Of a stretch of 64,000 nt of DNA, positions 17,717-28,231 are shown in pieces. The stretch's first letter is position 1. Every line of letters begins with the position of its first letter. The notes beneath the pieces were generated by a model that did no database searches, had not been told where the DNA came from, and was given only the letters and a program-made list of their open reading frames with translations. Position numbers and translations under genes: made by a program. The DNA lies in the IMG/VR virus record IMGVR_UViG_3300033069_001745, positions 1 to 64,000 of that record; one strand, written 5' to 3'. The DNA comes from a virus. Its lineage: Duplodnaviria > Caudoviricetes.

Positions 17717-18330
17717 TGGCCGACAGCATTCAGGGAGAGCAGCGTCCTGGGTATGCCCCGCTTCGACCGGGGATCGAGGAAGCCACCGGGCTTCTCATCG
17801 CACCGCAGACCGTCGAGCGGCGCATGCGCCACTTCCCCGAAGAGGTGTACGACACCTCACCGAACACGCACCTGTACCGCTTCGTGGCGGCCTTGGTGGG
17901 CGATTCGGGGGCGGGGCAGCTCAAGAAGCGCCTGGTGATGCAGCGGTTGGCGTCAACGCTCCAGGGCACGCACTTCTACGACCTCGACCGGTTCTACGGT
18001 GCTCTGCTCGGGCTGGACCGCCACATCGGGGAGCAGCTCTCCTCCGACCCCTACACCACGCCCCAGACCACCGATGCGTGGCAGCGCATGGCCGACCGGG
18101 ACGGTTCGTATCGCTCCCGCATCGAGCAATTCGCCCGGGCCATCAACTACGGGGCCACTGCCGTTGGTCTGGAGTTGATCGCGGAGGCCATCCTCGGCGC
18201 TGATGTCGAGATTGCAGAGAGCTTTGAATGGGCTGACGTGCGAGCCCAGTCCTACAGCCAAGTGGAGTCCCTCGGCACCTACGGTGATTTGGAGGCGTAC
18301 ACCTATGGTGACCTTGAGGTGCAAGCATGA
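17716..18330 (+). CDS. Baseplate wedge (tail I/gp7-like) N-terminal module
   Basis: 204 aa; FPEEVYD...HFYDLDRFYG...YRSRIEQFARAINYGAT; follows J. Confidence 0.7.
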   Translation: MADSIQGEQRPGYAPLRPGIEEATGLLIAPQTVERRMRHFPEEVYDTSPNTHLYRFVAALVGDSGAGQLKKRLVMQRLASTLQGTHFYDLDRFYGALLGLDRHIGEQLSSDPYTTPQTTDAWQRMADRDGSYRSRIEQFARAINYGATAVGLELIAEAILGADVEIAESFEWADVRAQSYSQVESLGTYGDLEAYTYGDLEVQA

Positions 18331-18348
18331 TGGGGATAGGTGATCACG

Positions 18349-21300
18349 GTGGCTGTTGACTTCAGGGCGCTCTATCTCCAGAAGTACCCAGCGGGCGGGA
18401 CCACGCTCTATGTCAGCGCGTCCGGCAACGACTCGAACCCCGGAACTCAGGCCAGCCCCAAGCGCCAGATCCAATCCGCCATCAACGCCATGCCTTCAGG
18501 CGGCGGCATCATTTACGTTGGTGACGGTAACTACGACGGTTTTTCGTTCTACGCCCGGAACTTCAGTGCCAATAGCTGGTGTCACGTCATCTCCCAGAAT
18601 TACCTGGGGGCAAAGATCGGCGGTGGTATCGGATTCACTCAGAGTAGCTTCGCTGGCATCTTCGGTCTCGAAGTCAACCCGAACAACCAGGGTGTCAACT
18701 GCGTCAGCATCCAGACGACGACGCACAACATCGCAGTGTGGCGGTGCTGGACCCGTAACGGCCAGGTCGGCATCGGTGCCATGGGCAACCAGGGCGACAG
18801 CTCAGCGGCGTGCAACAACGTCTACATCTGCTACAACATCGTCAGCGACAACGCCAAGGCCACGGTTGACCCTTTCGGCTCCAGTGGTATCAGCTTCTAC
18901 GACCCGTGGCAGAAGGCGATCTTCCCAGCGAGCACGGGCCCCGACCAGTACGGCTACAGCAATTACATCGTCGGAAATCTCGTCGTCTGGAACTACCAGA
19001 ACGGCGAATATGTAGACGGTAATGGCATCATCATCGACGATGGCAACCACACGCAGAACTATGGTGGCCCGTCGGGCAATGTCTACACCGAACGTACCCT
19101 CGTCATGGGTAATCTCACCGTCAAGAACGGTGGGCGAGGTATCCAGATCTTTGAGACGAGAAATGTTGACGTCGCCTTCAACACCTCGGCGTACAACAGT
19201 TGGAGGAAGAACGATTCTGCCTTCTACGGCGAAATCGGGTATAACGCAGCCTGGGGCGGGCGCATGCTGCACAACCTCTCGTACCCCGATGCCAACAATG
19301 CCTATTGGTTCAGCTACTACAACGCTGATGACATCGAGAACACCGGCAACGTGTTCCTGCGGGGCCCGCAGTACAACGCCAACGGCAACTACCCAGCGAT
19401 TGACCGTACTGCTGACGGGCTGAACTACTTCAAGAACAACGCTCCGACGGTCTCGTCTGAGTGGTCGGGGATGACCTTCACTCAGGCCGACCAGTGGCGC
19501 CCTGACGGCGGCTCGGGCGGGATCAACAAGGTCACACTCTCCCAGACGCTCTACGACGCCTTCTCGCCCTGGCCCGACATGTTCGGTGACCTGCGCCCGG
19601 CTCGCACCACGGGATGGGCCACCGGGTTCTCCGAGAGCACAGGCGGTACGGGGACCAACCCCGGCCCGGTGGCTGCGTTCACCGTGTCGAATCTCACCCC
19701 GGGTACCGGCGAGGCCGTCCAGTTCACCGACACCTCGACCGGTAGCCCGACCTCGTGGAACTGGAACTTCGGCAACGGCGCTTCGTCGACTTCCCAGAGC
19801 CCGAGCTATACCTTCACCACGGCGGGCACCTACACGGTCGTCTTGACCGCGACGAACACCAATGGGTCGTCACAGTCCACCCAGTCCGTCGTGGTCTCCG
19901 AGACCACCCAGGGCCCGGGGCTCGTCACGCACCCCGCCCTGGGCAAGCCTGGTCACTTGCTGACCTCAACTCAGGTCAGCACGACCAACTCGGGCCACCC
20001 GATCTATCGCATCAGCTATCAGATGACCTCGATCACGGGGACGATCGTCTCTGCCTCGGGTCTCGTGGCGGTGCCGTCGGGTACCGCCCCGAGTGATGGT
20101 CGACGGGTGATCCTGGCGGGCCACGGGGCCACCGGCACCAACGATGCGGCAGCGCCGTCCTATAGCCCGAACACTGGGGCGTTCTCGGGCTCGGTAGGCG
20201 ATGTGGACGCCTGGCTCAACGCCGGGTTCATCGTGGCCCAGGCCGACTACGAGGGTCTCACCTACGGGGGCGACAGCAGCTTGCCCCACCCGTACATGGT
20301 GGGTGTCTCCGCCGGGCGTTCACTCCTCGACTGCGGCATCGCCTGCTCCGGTCTGACCACCGTCCGGCGCTCGGCCGCCTCGGTGGGCTTCTCCCAGGGT
20401 GGACACGCTTCGCTCTTCGCCGGTGAGCTGGCCGACACCTACGCGGTGACCGATTCGGGTTCGGTCGAGTTCAACGTTCCCGCATTTCCTTCGGGAACCC
20501 CGATCAACGTCACCACGCTCGGGGTCTCGGCGTCATCGGGGGCCAACCAGCAGACCGCCATTCAGAACGCGTTGAACAACGCGGCGAGCGGGTCGATCAT
20601 CCAGTTCCCCGCCGGGACCTATTTGCACTCCGGCGTGCTCCAGATCAACAAGCCACTCACCATCTTCACGACGGCCGGGGCCATCTTGCGCGGTACCGAT
20701 CCGCTCAACATGGCGATCCAGGTCAATGCCGATGACGTTCGCATCGAGGGGTTCACCGTCGAGGGCGTTGGCACCTCGCGTGAGAGCAACGACGACACCC
20801 GAGGCGGCATCGCCATCTTGGGCCGGGCCCGTACGGTCATCAAGGGCTGCACGATCAAGAAGTCGAGCGCTGCCGGTCTGTACATCGACGGGGCCAGCGA
20901 TTACTACATCATCAACAACAGCGTGCAGAACACGCTCTCTGACTCGATCCACAACACCGGTTCGTCGCACCACGGCTACGTGCTGAACAACACCGTCACC
21001 GGTTCGGGCGATGACAACATCGCTATCGTCAGCTACGGCGGCCAGGACTGCAACAACATCACCGTGTTCGGAAACACCGTGACCGGTGGCAACGCCCGTG
21101 GTCTCTCGGTCGTCGGTGGGCGCGACTGCATCTTGCAGGGCAACACCGTCACCAGCTCGTCAGCGGCGGGCATCTACATTGCTTCCGAGCCTAGCTATTC
21201 GACGGAAGGCGTCTCGAATATCATCATTCGAGATAATGCGCTCTCTGGGTGTAATACCGACGTAGCCAGAAACCACGGCGGCATCTTCTTGTGGGGTGGC

Positions 21301-24300
21301 CGACCGGGCAAGCCCGTCAACAACGTCCATATTCACAACAACACCATCTCCGGCACGATCGCCGGTGGTGCCCACATGGTGGTGCAGGGCGATCAGGTCA
21401 CGGCGACCACGATGACCAACAACGCCACGTCGGGGGCGAAGCAGCATCGCTACATCGAGGCAGCGGCGGGCCAGTGGTCGGCTGCCGGGAACACCCACAA
21501 TGGCTCACCTGTGGCCGACGTAGGTACCGCGATCCCTCCGGCGAACGCATCGACCCCGACCCCGATCTTCACGCAATTCTGTGCCGTCGGCTTTGATCCG
21601 GTCGTTACTTCGCACTACGTCAATCTGATCTACCAAGCCCAGGGTTCACCGCAATACCTGGCATCCATCATCTACGGATCATGGATCGAGAACAGCTCTC
21701 TGACTCGTACGGTCGTGCTCTCTTCGGGGGCATCGAGCAACCTACCTAACCTCTTGACGTGGGACTTCAACACCACGGCATCCAACATCAACTTCGGTAA
21801 CGGGTCGTTCATCGCGAACCCGACCACCGCCGGAGGCGGCTGGGGCGCCGCCATGACCAAGAACACCCCGGGGCAGCGCAAGGCCCGTCCCAGTCGGGTC
21901 TATGCCCCGAACGGTGGCTTGGGCGGCGGTTCAACCTGGCTCTCCGCCGCGCAGACGGCGGGCACCAACGCATCGTTGGTCACCGGCTCGGGTGGCCACG
22001 AGATCATCATGGTCTCCGACGCCATCGCCTGGGTGACGAGCACACTGAACAGCCAGGGTGGCGGCGGTGGTCCCCAGGTCCCTGCGGCCAACTTCTCATG
22101 GACGCCGACGAGCCCACAGCAGAACGAGTCGGTGCAGTTCACTGACACGTCGACCAACGCGCCAACATCGTGGTTGTGGCAGTTCCCCGAGCCCGGTCAG
22201 GGCGAGGCGCAGTGGGCCACGTCGACCCAGCGCAACCCCACGAGGACCTACACCACCACTGGCACCAAGACGGTCATCCTGACCGCCACCAACACCGCCG
22301 GGTCTTCGACATCGACCAAGACCCTCACTGTGGTGGCTCCCGGTCCGCCGGTGGCCAACTTCACCACGACCCCAACGGTGGGTACGGTCGGCCAGTCAGT
22401 GCAGTTCACCGACACCTCATCGGGCTCGCCCACGTCGCGCTCGTGGGAGTTCGGTGACGGCACCACCTCGACGGCCCAGAACCCGACGAAGACCTACAGT
22501 GCGGCGGGCACCTACAACGTCTCGCTGACCGCTGCCAACGGCCAGGGGTCGCACACCGTCTCTCGTACGTTCACCGTCAACCAGCCGTCGGTGGTGGACG
22601 TCTACCAGGCGGAGAACGCCCAGATCGTCAGCTCGATGTATCCCGGCGACCCCGAGGGCATGCACGTCGTCTCCGAGGCCCCGGGATACACCGGCACGGG
22701 CTACATGGGTTACTGGGGCCAGCCCAACGAGATCCTTCGATTCTCCATCCCCGGGGCCACCGCTGGGCAATATTCGGTGAAGTGGCGCTATCAGAAGTGT
22801 GATTTCGATACCCCGACCAGTTTGCAACTGTGGGTAAACGGCGCTCAAGTGAGCGTTGTGCAATTCAGTCGAACGGGTACCGACTGGCTCGGAAACACCT
22901 GGATTGAATCTCCTGCATTGACACTCAATTTCCAGTCGGGTACCAACACCGTCGAATTGCGACACGTCGATCAGGACTGGCTCTACGTCGATCTCGACTA
23001 CATGTCGGTGCAGTCCCTCACGCCGCCTGGGAACCCGCCGGTGGCCAGCTTCACCCGGACCCCGACCGGGGCGGTGGAGACCGGGGTGAACATCAGCTTC
23101 ACCGACACCTCGACTGGTAGCCCCACTTCCTGGAACTGGGACTTCGGGGATGGGACCACGGCGACCTCCCAGAACCCGACCAAGACCTACACCGGGGCCG
23201 GGAGCTACACCATCACGCTCCAGGCGGTCAACCAGTACGGCACGGCGAGCACGACATCCACGATCACCGTCACTTCGCCCCCGCCGGTGCCCCAGCCTCC
23301 GGTGGCAGCATTCTTGGCGTCGGCCACCCAGGTCACGGTTGGCCAGGTCGTCACGTTCACCGATCAGTCGACCAACGCTCCGAACTCCTGGCACTGGAAC
23401 TTCGGGGATGGTGTGACGACGACGGCGCACAACCCGACACACGCCTGGACGGCCCCCGGGACGTACTCGGTCACTCTTATCGCGGCCAACACCGACGGCT
23501 CCGACGATGTCTCTCGACAGATCATCGTCATCGCTCCGCCGGTCCTCGAACCCGGCGACCCAATTCCGATCAACCGCTTCGAGTTCACCGTGATGCCCAA
23601 GCGGGGCCTCTCGCTGGCCGAAGAGGTGAACCTGCGCCGAGTGCTCTCGTTGTTCAAGCCCGCTGCAACCCGGTTGCACGTGCAACCTCTCGGGGATGCG
23701 GCGATCGACGACGTGCCGGTGATCCGGGTTGCTGCCGACTCCGAATGGTGGGAGGTGGTGGGCTCGGTCGTCACCCGTCCCGGTACGGAGTGGGCCTACG
23801 CCGATCCGGGTGACGTGACCACGCCTCGGGAGCAGCCCCGGCCCCCGTTCGCCTCCTACCAGGGTGAGCACTGGTCTTATGCGGGCGACGTGGCCAACAT
23901 CGTGGCCTACGCCGATGACGTGGGTCAGCTCCGACAAAACTATTTCCAGCGGGTTGCCTACGCCGACGGGACCTTCTTCGATTTCCGCCCCGACCTCGGG
24001 TGCCGGTGGCCCCAGGACGCCATCACCGAACTGTTGGCCAGTGACGGCGCCCTCGTTGCTCACCCCTTGGCCATCGAGCACACCTCGGGGAAAGAGCGGT
24101 GGGTGGATAGGGTCGGTCCCGTCCGGACACGAACCTCAATCTCTACCTCAGGTATACTCCCGCTGTATTTCAACGGGGTTTCGATTGAGGATTTGGCCCA
24201 GCGGGCCGACTCCATCTTCTCCGTGCATCGGCGTCAGGCCGGAGTACCCCAGCGGTTCTGGAGCACCACCGAGCGTCCCAAGCACGATCCGATCATCGAG

Positions 24301-27300
24301 TGCCTGGAGATTCGCCTCCGGTCGTCCCAGCGAGTGAACCGGGTCAAGTTCGAGCTGGCCCACTTTCCTCAGCGGGCGTGGTGTGAAGCATGGTCGGACG
24401 CCACCGAGAGCTGGCGCCCAGTGTGGACCTCCAACATCGTCGACTCGATCCCGTCCAACCTCGTGAACCGAGTCGATTCCATCGACCACCTGCACCCTCA
24501 GCATTCGCTATCGGGACACTGGGTGGAGTACGACCTCACGATCGATCCCACGGTGGCCTCTCGCTGGCGTCTGCGGTTGCAACGCCTGGCTACCGGGACT
24601 CCGCCCCTCAATGCGGCGGGCAAAGAGTCGGACTACAGCCTGGGCGTGCGAGGGTTCGACCTGAGCTACCACATCGCTGACCGAATCGACATCCCCCGCT
24701 TGCCGGTGGGGGAGCCGGTGGGTACTTCGGTCGACCCCCTCGGCAGTCGCATGCTCTACTCGGTGCGCGAGCGCCTGGCCCCGTTGGCAATCGACGGCGA
24801 CTCTTCAACGGCGTGGCTCTCCGAGCCCCAACCCACGGCACGAGCAGTCGTCAACTTCTATGCCGATGTGCGCACCTCGGGTGGTGACGGTCAGATCATC
24901 GACCGTTGGTACCTCGACCCGATCAAGCCGGGGCCAACCCTCAACCTCTACTACAGCAACGACACCGCCCTGGGCCGCCACCCAGCCGTTGACACGCCGC
25001 TCGGGATCGAGAAGGTCGAGGCCGAAGGGCTGTACACCGCCATTGACGACGGCATCAGCTTCGACGGCGCTGCCCCCGCCTACTTCCTCATCGATAATTC
25101 GCTGATCCAGTTTGATCACACGCGTGATTGGTGGATCGGGGTCGAGGTGCAGCCGCGATTCTCCGGTGACAACGCCGACAGCGCGATCTTCAGCTTCGAC
25201 CAGTTCACCTGCCAGTTCTCCGATCAGTCGATCGTCTTTGCCACCCCGGGCGGCGGTGACACCGTGCTCCCGCTGTCGTGGTCCGATGGGCAGGTGATTC
25301 GCCTCGTCGTGGAGTACCGAGCGAGCCAGCGCACCATCTCGATCTCCGCCCAGGTGACCTACGGCGATATCGAGTCGATCACCCAAACACTCCCGATGAC
25401 GCTCGTCGGATCGATCCACACTCTGCGCATCGGGGTCGACCCCGGTCTCTCCATCCCGCCGGATTTTGTCATCCGCAAGCTGGTCATCAACCAAAGCGGA
25501 TTGGAAGACCTAAATGATTTCCTGAGCGATCCTGACGGGTACGTCGTCAAGGCCGTGCATGCGGTGGTGGACACCGGGCGCACCAACGGCGCCATCCTCC
25601 GGATGCACCGGAACTTCGTCGACCCGGAGAGCAACCCCTTCGGGTTGGTCGGCGGTCCAGGAAACGGGTTCGCCGCACTGCGCTGGACCCCGATCCCCCG
25701 AGACTACCGCCTTCAGAAGGGGTGGCTCGACATCCCGCCGATCAAGGCGCGGTTCTGGAAGTTCGAGTTCAGCCAGCTCGTCATTGAGCCCATCGAGGTG
25801 CGCATGCCCCTGCACCGGGCGGTGCAGGTGTTCCCTCAGGTGGCGCAGAGCACCCACGTGGTGACTCGCGAAGACCCGACGATCGACATCCCGGCCTTTG
25901 ATGAGTTCTCTCGGCAGTGGCGCACCTACAGCGACACGCCTTCGCTCACCCCCGAGCCCGACCAGACGAAGATCATGCCGACGGCGTTGCTCTATTCCTC
26001 GGACCCCAGTGGCGTGCAGCGCTTGCGCTCGCAGTCGTGGTCACACGGGTTCACCGATTGGCACGTCGGCTCGGATCGTCCCCGGTTCCTCCAGGAGGGC
26101 GTGCACACTTACGACACGATCATCTACGAGCAGGCGGAGAAGATCGGCTTCTTCGTCGGGCTCAAGGAGATTCGAGCGGCCCGTACCTCGCACCGCGGGG
26201 TGGACAACCCGATGGTGATCAACGAGCGCCTCCACGACGCCACCCGGCTGGCGGTCAACCAATGGTCGCACACCGCAGGCAACCTGTGGTCGGGCTCTTC
26301 GATCACCAACCCGGCGGTTGTCGAGTCGGCCATCATCCCGACTCGTACCCGCATCAGCGCCTTGCAGTTCGCTGCCCAGATTTCCGACCCGGTGCAGCTC
26401 CTGCCCGATGACCAGTTCCGCTCGCCCCGTCTGACGGACTACAACTGGACCGATCCTCAGGGCTGGCAGCAGATCGGGGATGCCTGGATCGAGTACCGCA
26501 CCTACGACCAGCAGGTGCTCATCCGCCGGGCATATCTCCCGCCGGTCACGGCGGACCCCCTCGATCAAGGGATCGTTCGTGACATTGTGCACCCGGTGTT
26601 CTCCACCCGTGGCGCCCCCGAGAGCATCCTCCCCAGTGACTTTCCGGGAACCGTTTTCTACAGCATGGATTTCGATGCGCCAAACGGTACCGACCCGGCG
26701 ACGCTCCCACATGCTAATTTCAAGTCGTCTTCTACTGGTGGTTATCTTACCATCCAGAATAATCGCCTCAAGAGCGTCTACGGAACGGCGGCAGCGTACG
26801 GTGCTGTCAATCAATTCGCAACTACGCAACTACCTACCAAGGATATCTCCGCAGTCTTTGACGTAACGGTTGGCGATACCTCTCGTGAACATTTTGTGTT
26901 GCTCCTATGGAATCACGATTTCGTTGCGGCTGGGTGGGTATTACGAATCGAACCATCAAGCAACCAAATAAGACTGTTAACTCAGTCCGGCGGTGTTATG
27001 ACGGCTGTCGCTGTCGCTCCGGTCACGATGGTGTCTGGAGAGACGTGGCGGATTCGCTTGGAGCACCGGAACAACCAAGTCAAGGTTCGTACCTGGACCG
27101 GGCTCATCGAACCGACGGCCTGGAATATCTCCTACAACTCCTCTTGGGTTCCCGCCACGACCTACGGCGTGCAGTTCTTCTTCTACGGAGGTAACGCTGC
27201 CCGGGGCGCCACGGAGAACCCCGTGTACATCGACAACCTCGTGCTCTCGGACAAGTGGTGGGACGGAACCCCGCCGATCCCGGTGGTCGACGCCGGGGGT

Positions 27301-28221
27301 ATCCAGAGCCCACTGGTGAAGACCAGCCCCAACGGCCTCATCCACGCCGCGGCACGCATCACCGCCATCACCGATCTCACCAACCAGCTCTGGGTGCAGA
27401 TCGTGGACGAGGACGACGAGGTGCTCGTCGAGGAACCCATCGTGGCCAAGCGGGGCGACACCGTGGAGTGGACCGCGAGCTACTTCTTGGGCGATTACGG
27501 GAAAGAATCTTTCTACCTGCCCGAGTTTGGGTACCGCACCATCGTTGACGAGCCAGTGCGCCTGGTGTTCGCCCGGGAAGACGAGCTGGTCGATCAGGGA
27601 ACCAACCCTGAGCCAGTGGTGCCGGGCTACCTGTTCCGGGTGCGCCTCATCCAGAAGGGTCCGAGCACCGACACCTGGATGGTGGACCGCCTCTCGCTCT
27701 TCGACGAGTCGTTGGTATGGGAGTTCTCCGTGGACGGCGGGAACAACTACATCCCCGCCTACACGATCAAGAACAACCCCCACGGGCTCTTGACCTTCCC
27801 TCGGCCAGGTAACGCCCTACGCTGGCGTCTGACCGCCTACCGGGCCAACCTGCATCTCTCGGCGGTGCAGATCCGGCCCCAGTACGTCAACCACCCCACG
27901 CACCGGTTCTCCAACCCTCAGCGGGGACCCAACGTGTCGGTCTACGACCAGTGGCTCCCGATCCAGGAGGACCCGGAGTTCAAGCGGTGGTCGCGTCCGG
28001 TACCCCAGTATTGGTGGCTCGAAGGTTCGAGCTTCAACACCAACGTCCCGGTCGATGGCTTCACCTACTCGAACGAGTATTCGGACTCCTACGAGCGCGA
28101 GGTGATCGACAACATTCGCGTCACCTTCAGCGACTCCACGAGCCGTGAGGTGCACTACATCCGCCTGATTGAAACGGCGCTGGGTGTACCGGTGGACACC
28201 GCAACGATCACGTTGCTCTAA
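18349..28221 (+). CDS. Giant (~3290 aa) baseplate/receptor-binding protein: beta-helix, 5 PKD, lipase, second beta-helix, CBM35-like, then structural tail domains
   Basis: GTG 18349 preceded by AGGTGAT (track start 18340 is in the same frame); repeated FTDTS..SPTSW.W.FG.G PKD motifs; GFSQGG nucleophile elbow; YQAENA...GYTGTGY CBM35-like. Confidence 0.85.
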   Translation: MAVDFRALYLQKYPAGGTTLYVSASGNDSNPGTQASPKRQIQSAINAMPSGGGIIYVGDGNYDGFSFYARNFSANSWCHVISQNYLGAKIGGGIGFTQSSFAGIFGLEVNPNNQGVNCVSIQTTTHNIAVWRCWTRNGQVGIGAMGNQGDSSAACNNVYICYNIVSDNAKATVDPFGSSGISFYDPWQKAIFPASTGPDQYGYSNYIVGNLVVWNYQNGEYVDGNGIIIDDGNHTQNYGGPSGNVYTERTLVMGNLTVKNGGRGIQIFETRNVDVAFNTSAYNSWRKNDSAFYGEIGYNAAWGGRMLHNLSYPDANNAYWFSYYNADDIENTGNVFLRGPQYNANGNYPAIDRTADGLNYFKNNAPTVSSEWSGMTFTQADQWRPDGGSGGINKVTLSQTLYDAFSPWPDMFGDLRPARTTGWATGFSESTGGTGTNPGPVAAFTVSNLTPGTGEAVQFTDTSTGSPTSWNWNFGNGASSTSQSPSYTFTTAGTYTVVLTATNTNGSSQSTQSVVVSETTQGPGLVTHPALGKPGHLLTSTQVSTTNSGHPIYRISYQMTSITGTIVSASGLVAVPSGTAPSDGRRVILAGHGATGTNDAAAPSYSPNTGAFSGSVGDVDAWLNAGFIVAQADYEGLTYGGDSSLPHPYMVGVSAGRSLLDCGIACSGLTTVRRSAASVGFSQGGHASLFAGELADTYAVTDSGSVEFNVPAFPSGTPINVTTLGVSASSGANQQTAIQNALNNAASGSIIQFPAGTYLHSGVLQINKPLTIFTTAGAILRGTDPLNMAIQVNADDVRIEGFTVEGVGTSRESNDDTRGGIAILGRARTVIKGCTIKKSSAAGLYIDGASDYYIINNSVQNTLSDSIHNTGSSHHGYVLNNTVTGSGDDNIAIVSYGGQDCNNITVFGNTVTGGNARGLSVVGGRDCILQGNTVTSSSAAGIYIASEPSYSTEGVSNIIIRDNALSGCNTDVARNHGGIFLWGGRPGKPVNNVHIHNNTISGTIAGGAHMVVQGDQVTATTMTNNATSGAKQHRYIEAAAGQWSAAGNTHNGSPVADVGTAIPPANASTPTPIFTQFCAVGFDPVVTSHYVNLIYQAQGSPQYLASIIYGSWIENSSLTRTVVLSSGASSNLPNLLTWDFNTTASNINFGNGSFIANPTTAGGGWGAAMTKNTPGQRKARPSRVYAPNGGLGGGSTWLSAAQTAGTNASLVTGSGGHEIIMVSDAIAWVTSTLNSQGGGGGPQVPAANFSWTPTSPQQNESVQFTDTSTNAPTSWLWQFPEPGQGEAQWATSTQRNPTRTYTTTGTKTVILTATNTAGSSTSTKTLTVVAPGPPVANFTTTPTVGTVGQSVQFTDTSSGSPTSRSWEFGDGTTSTAQNPTKTYSAAGTYNVSLTAANGQGSHTVSRTFTVNQPSVVDVYQAENAQIVSSMYPGDPEGMHVVSEAPGYTGTGYMGYWGQPNEILRFSIPGATAGQYSVKWRYQKCDFDTPTSLQLWVNGAQVSVVQFSRTGTDWLGNTWIESPALTLNFQSGTNTVELRHVDQDWLYVDLDYMSVQSLTPPGNPPVASFTRTPTGAVETGVNISFTDTSTGSPTSWNWDFGDGTTATSQNPTKTYTGAGSYTITLQAVNQYGTASTTSTITVTSPPPVPQPPVAAFLASATQVTVGQVVTFTDQSTNAPNSWHWNFGDGVTTTAHNPTHAWTAPGTYSVTLIAANTDGSDDVSRQIIVIAPPVLEPGDPIPINRFEFTVMPKRGLSLAEEVNLRRVLSLFKPAATRLHVQPLGDAAIDDVPVIRVAADSEWWEVVGSVVTRPGTEWAYADPGDVTTPREQPRPPFASYQGEHWSYAGDVANIVAYADDVGQLRQNYFQRVAYADGTFFDFRPDLGCRWPQDAITELLASDGALVAHPLAIEHTSGKERWVDRVGPVRTRTSISTSGILPLYFNGVSIEDLAQRADSIFSVHRRQAGVPQRFWSTTERPKHDPIIECLEIRLRSSQRVNRVKFELAHFPQRAWCEAWSDATESWRPVWTSNIVDSIPSNLVNRVDSIDHLHPQHSLSGHWVEYDLTIDPTVASRWRLRLQRLATGTPPLNAAGKESDYSLGVRGFDLSYHIADRIDIPRLPVGEPVGTSVDPLGSRMLYSVRERLAPLAIDGDSSTAWLSEPQPTARAVVNFYADVRTSGGDGQIIDRWYLDPIKPGPTLNLYYSNDTALGRHPAVDTPLGIEKVEAEGLYTAIDDGISFDGAAPAYFLIDNSLIQFDHTRDWWIGVEVQPRFSGDNADSAIFSFDQFTCQFSDQSIVFATPGGGDTVLPLSWSDGQVIRLVVEYRASQRTISISAQVTYGDIESITQTLPMTLVGSIHTLRIGVDPGLSIPPDFVIRKLVINQSGLEDLNDFLSDPDGYVVKAVHAVVDTGRTNGAILRMHRNFVDPESNPFGLVGGPGNGFAALRWTPIPRDYRLQKGWLDIPPIKARFWKFEFSQLVIEPIEVRMPLHRAVQVFPQVAQSTHVVTREDPTIDIPAFDEFSRQWRTYSDTPSLTPEPDQTKIMPTALLYSSDPSGVQRLRSQSWSHGFTDWHVGSDRPRFLQEGVHTYDTIIYEQAEKIGFFVGLKEIRAARTSHRGVDNPMVINERLHDATRLAVNQWSHTAGNLWSGSSITNPAVVESAIIPTRTRISALQFAAQISDPVQLLPDDQFRSPRLTDYNWTDPQGWQQIGDAWIEYRTYDQQVLIRRAYLPPVTADPLDQGIVRDIVHPVFSTRGAPESILPSDFPGTVFYSMDFDAPNGTDPATLPHANFKSSSTGGYLTIQNNRLKSVYGTAAAYGAVNQFATTQLPTKDISAVFDVTVGDTSREHFVLLLWNHDFVAAGWVLRIEPSSNQIRLLTQSGGVMTAVAVAPVTMVSGETWRIRLEHRNNQVKVRTWTGLIEPTAWNISYNSSWVPATTYGVQFFFYGGNAARGATENPVYIDNLVLSDKWWDGTPPIPVVDAGGIQSPLVKTSPNGLIHAAARITAITDLTNQLWVQIVDEDDEVLVEEPIVAKRGDTVEWTASYFLGDYGKESFYLPEFGYRTIVDEPVRLVFAREDELVDQGTNPEPVVPGYLFRVRLIQKGPSTDTWMVDRLSLFDESLVWEFSVDGGNNYIPAYTIKNNPHGLLTFPRPGNALRWRLTAYRANLHLSAVQIRPQYVNHPTHRFSNPQRGPNVSVYDQWLPIQEDPEFKRWSRPVPQYWWLEGSSFNTNVPVDGFTYSNEYSDSYEREVIDNIRVTFSDSTSREVHYIRLIETALGVPVDTATITLL

Positions 28222-28231
28222 CCGATCGAAA

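Noticed and set aside
18328-18339. T4 gene 60-style bypass or readthrough joining 17716 and the giant ORF (GGA-TAG seen)
   Set aside because: An in-frame TGA precedes the GGA TAG, and the giant ORF has its own SD (AGGTGAT) and GTG
22417-24081. Long antisense or alternative-frame ORFs (also 4399-5538, 26977-27783, 34717-35730, 48892-49830, 56401-58437 and the 5' part of 1750-3234)
   Set aside because: These are shadow ORFs of GC-rich genes with Arg/Gly/Pro-rich translations and no motifs
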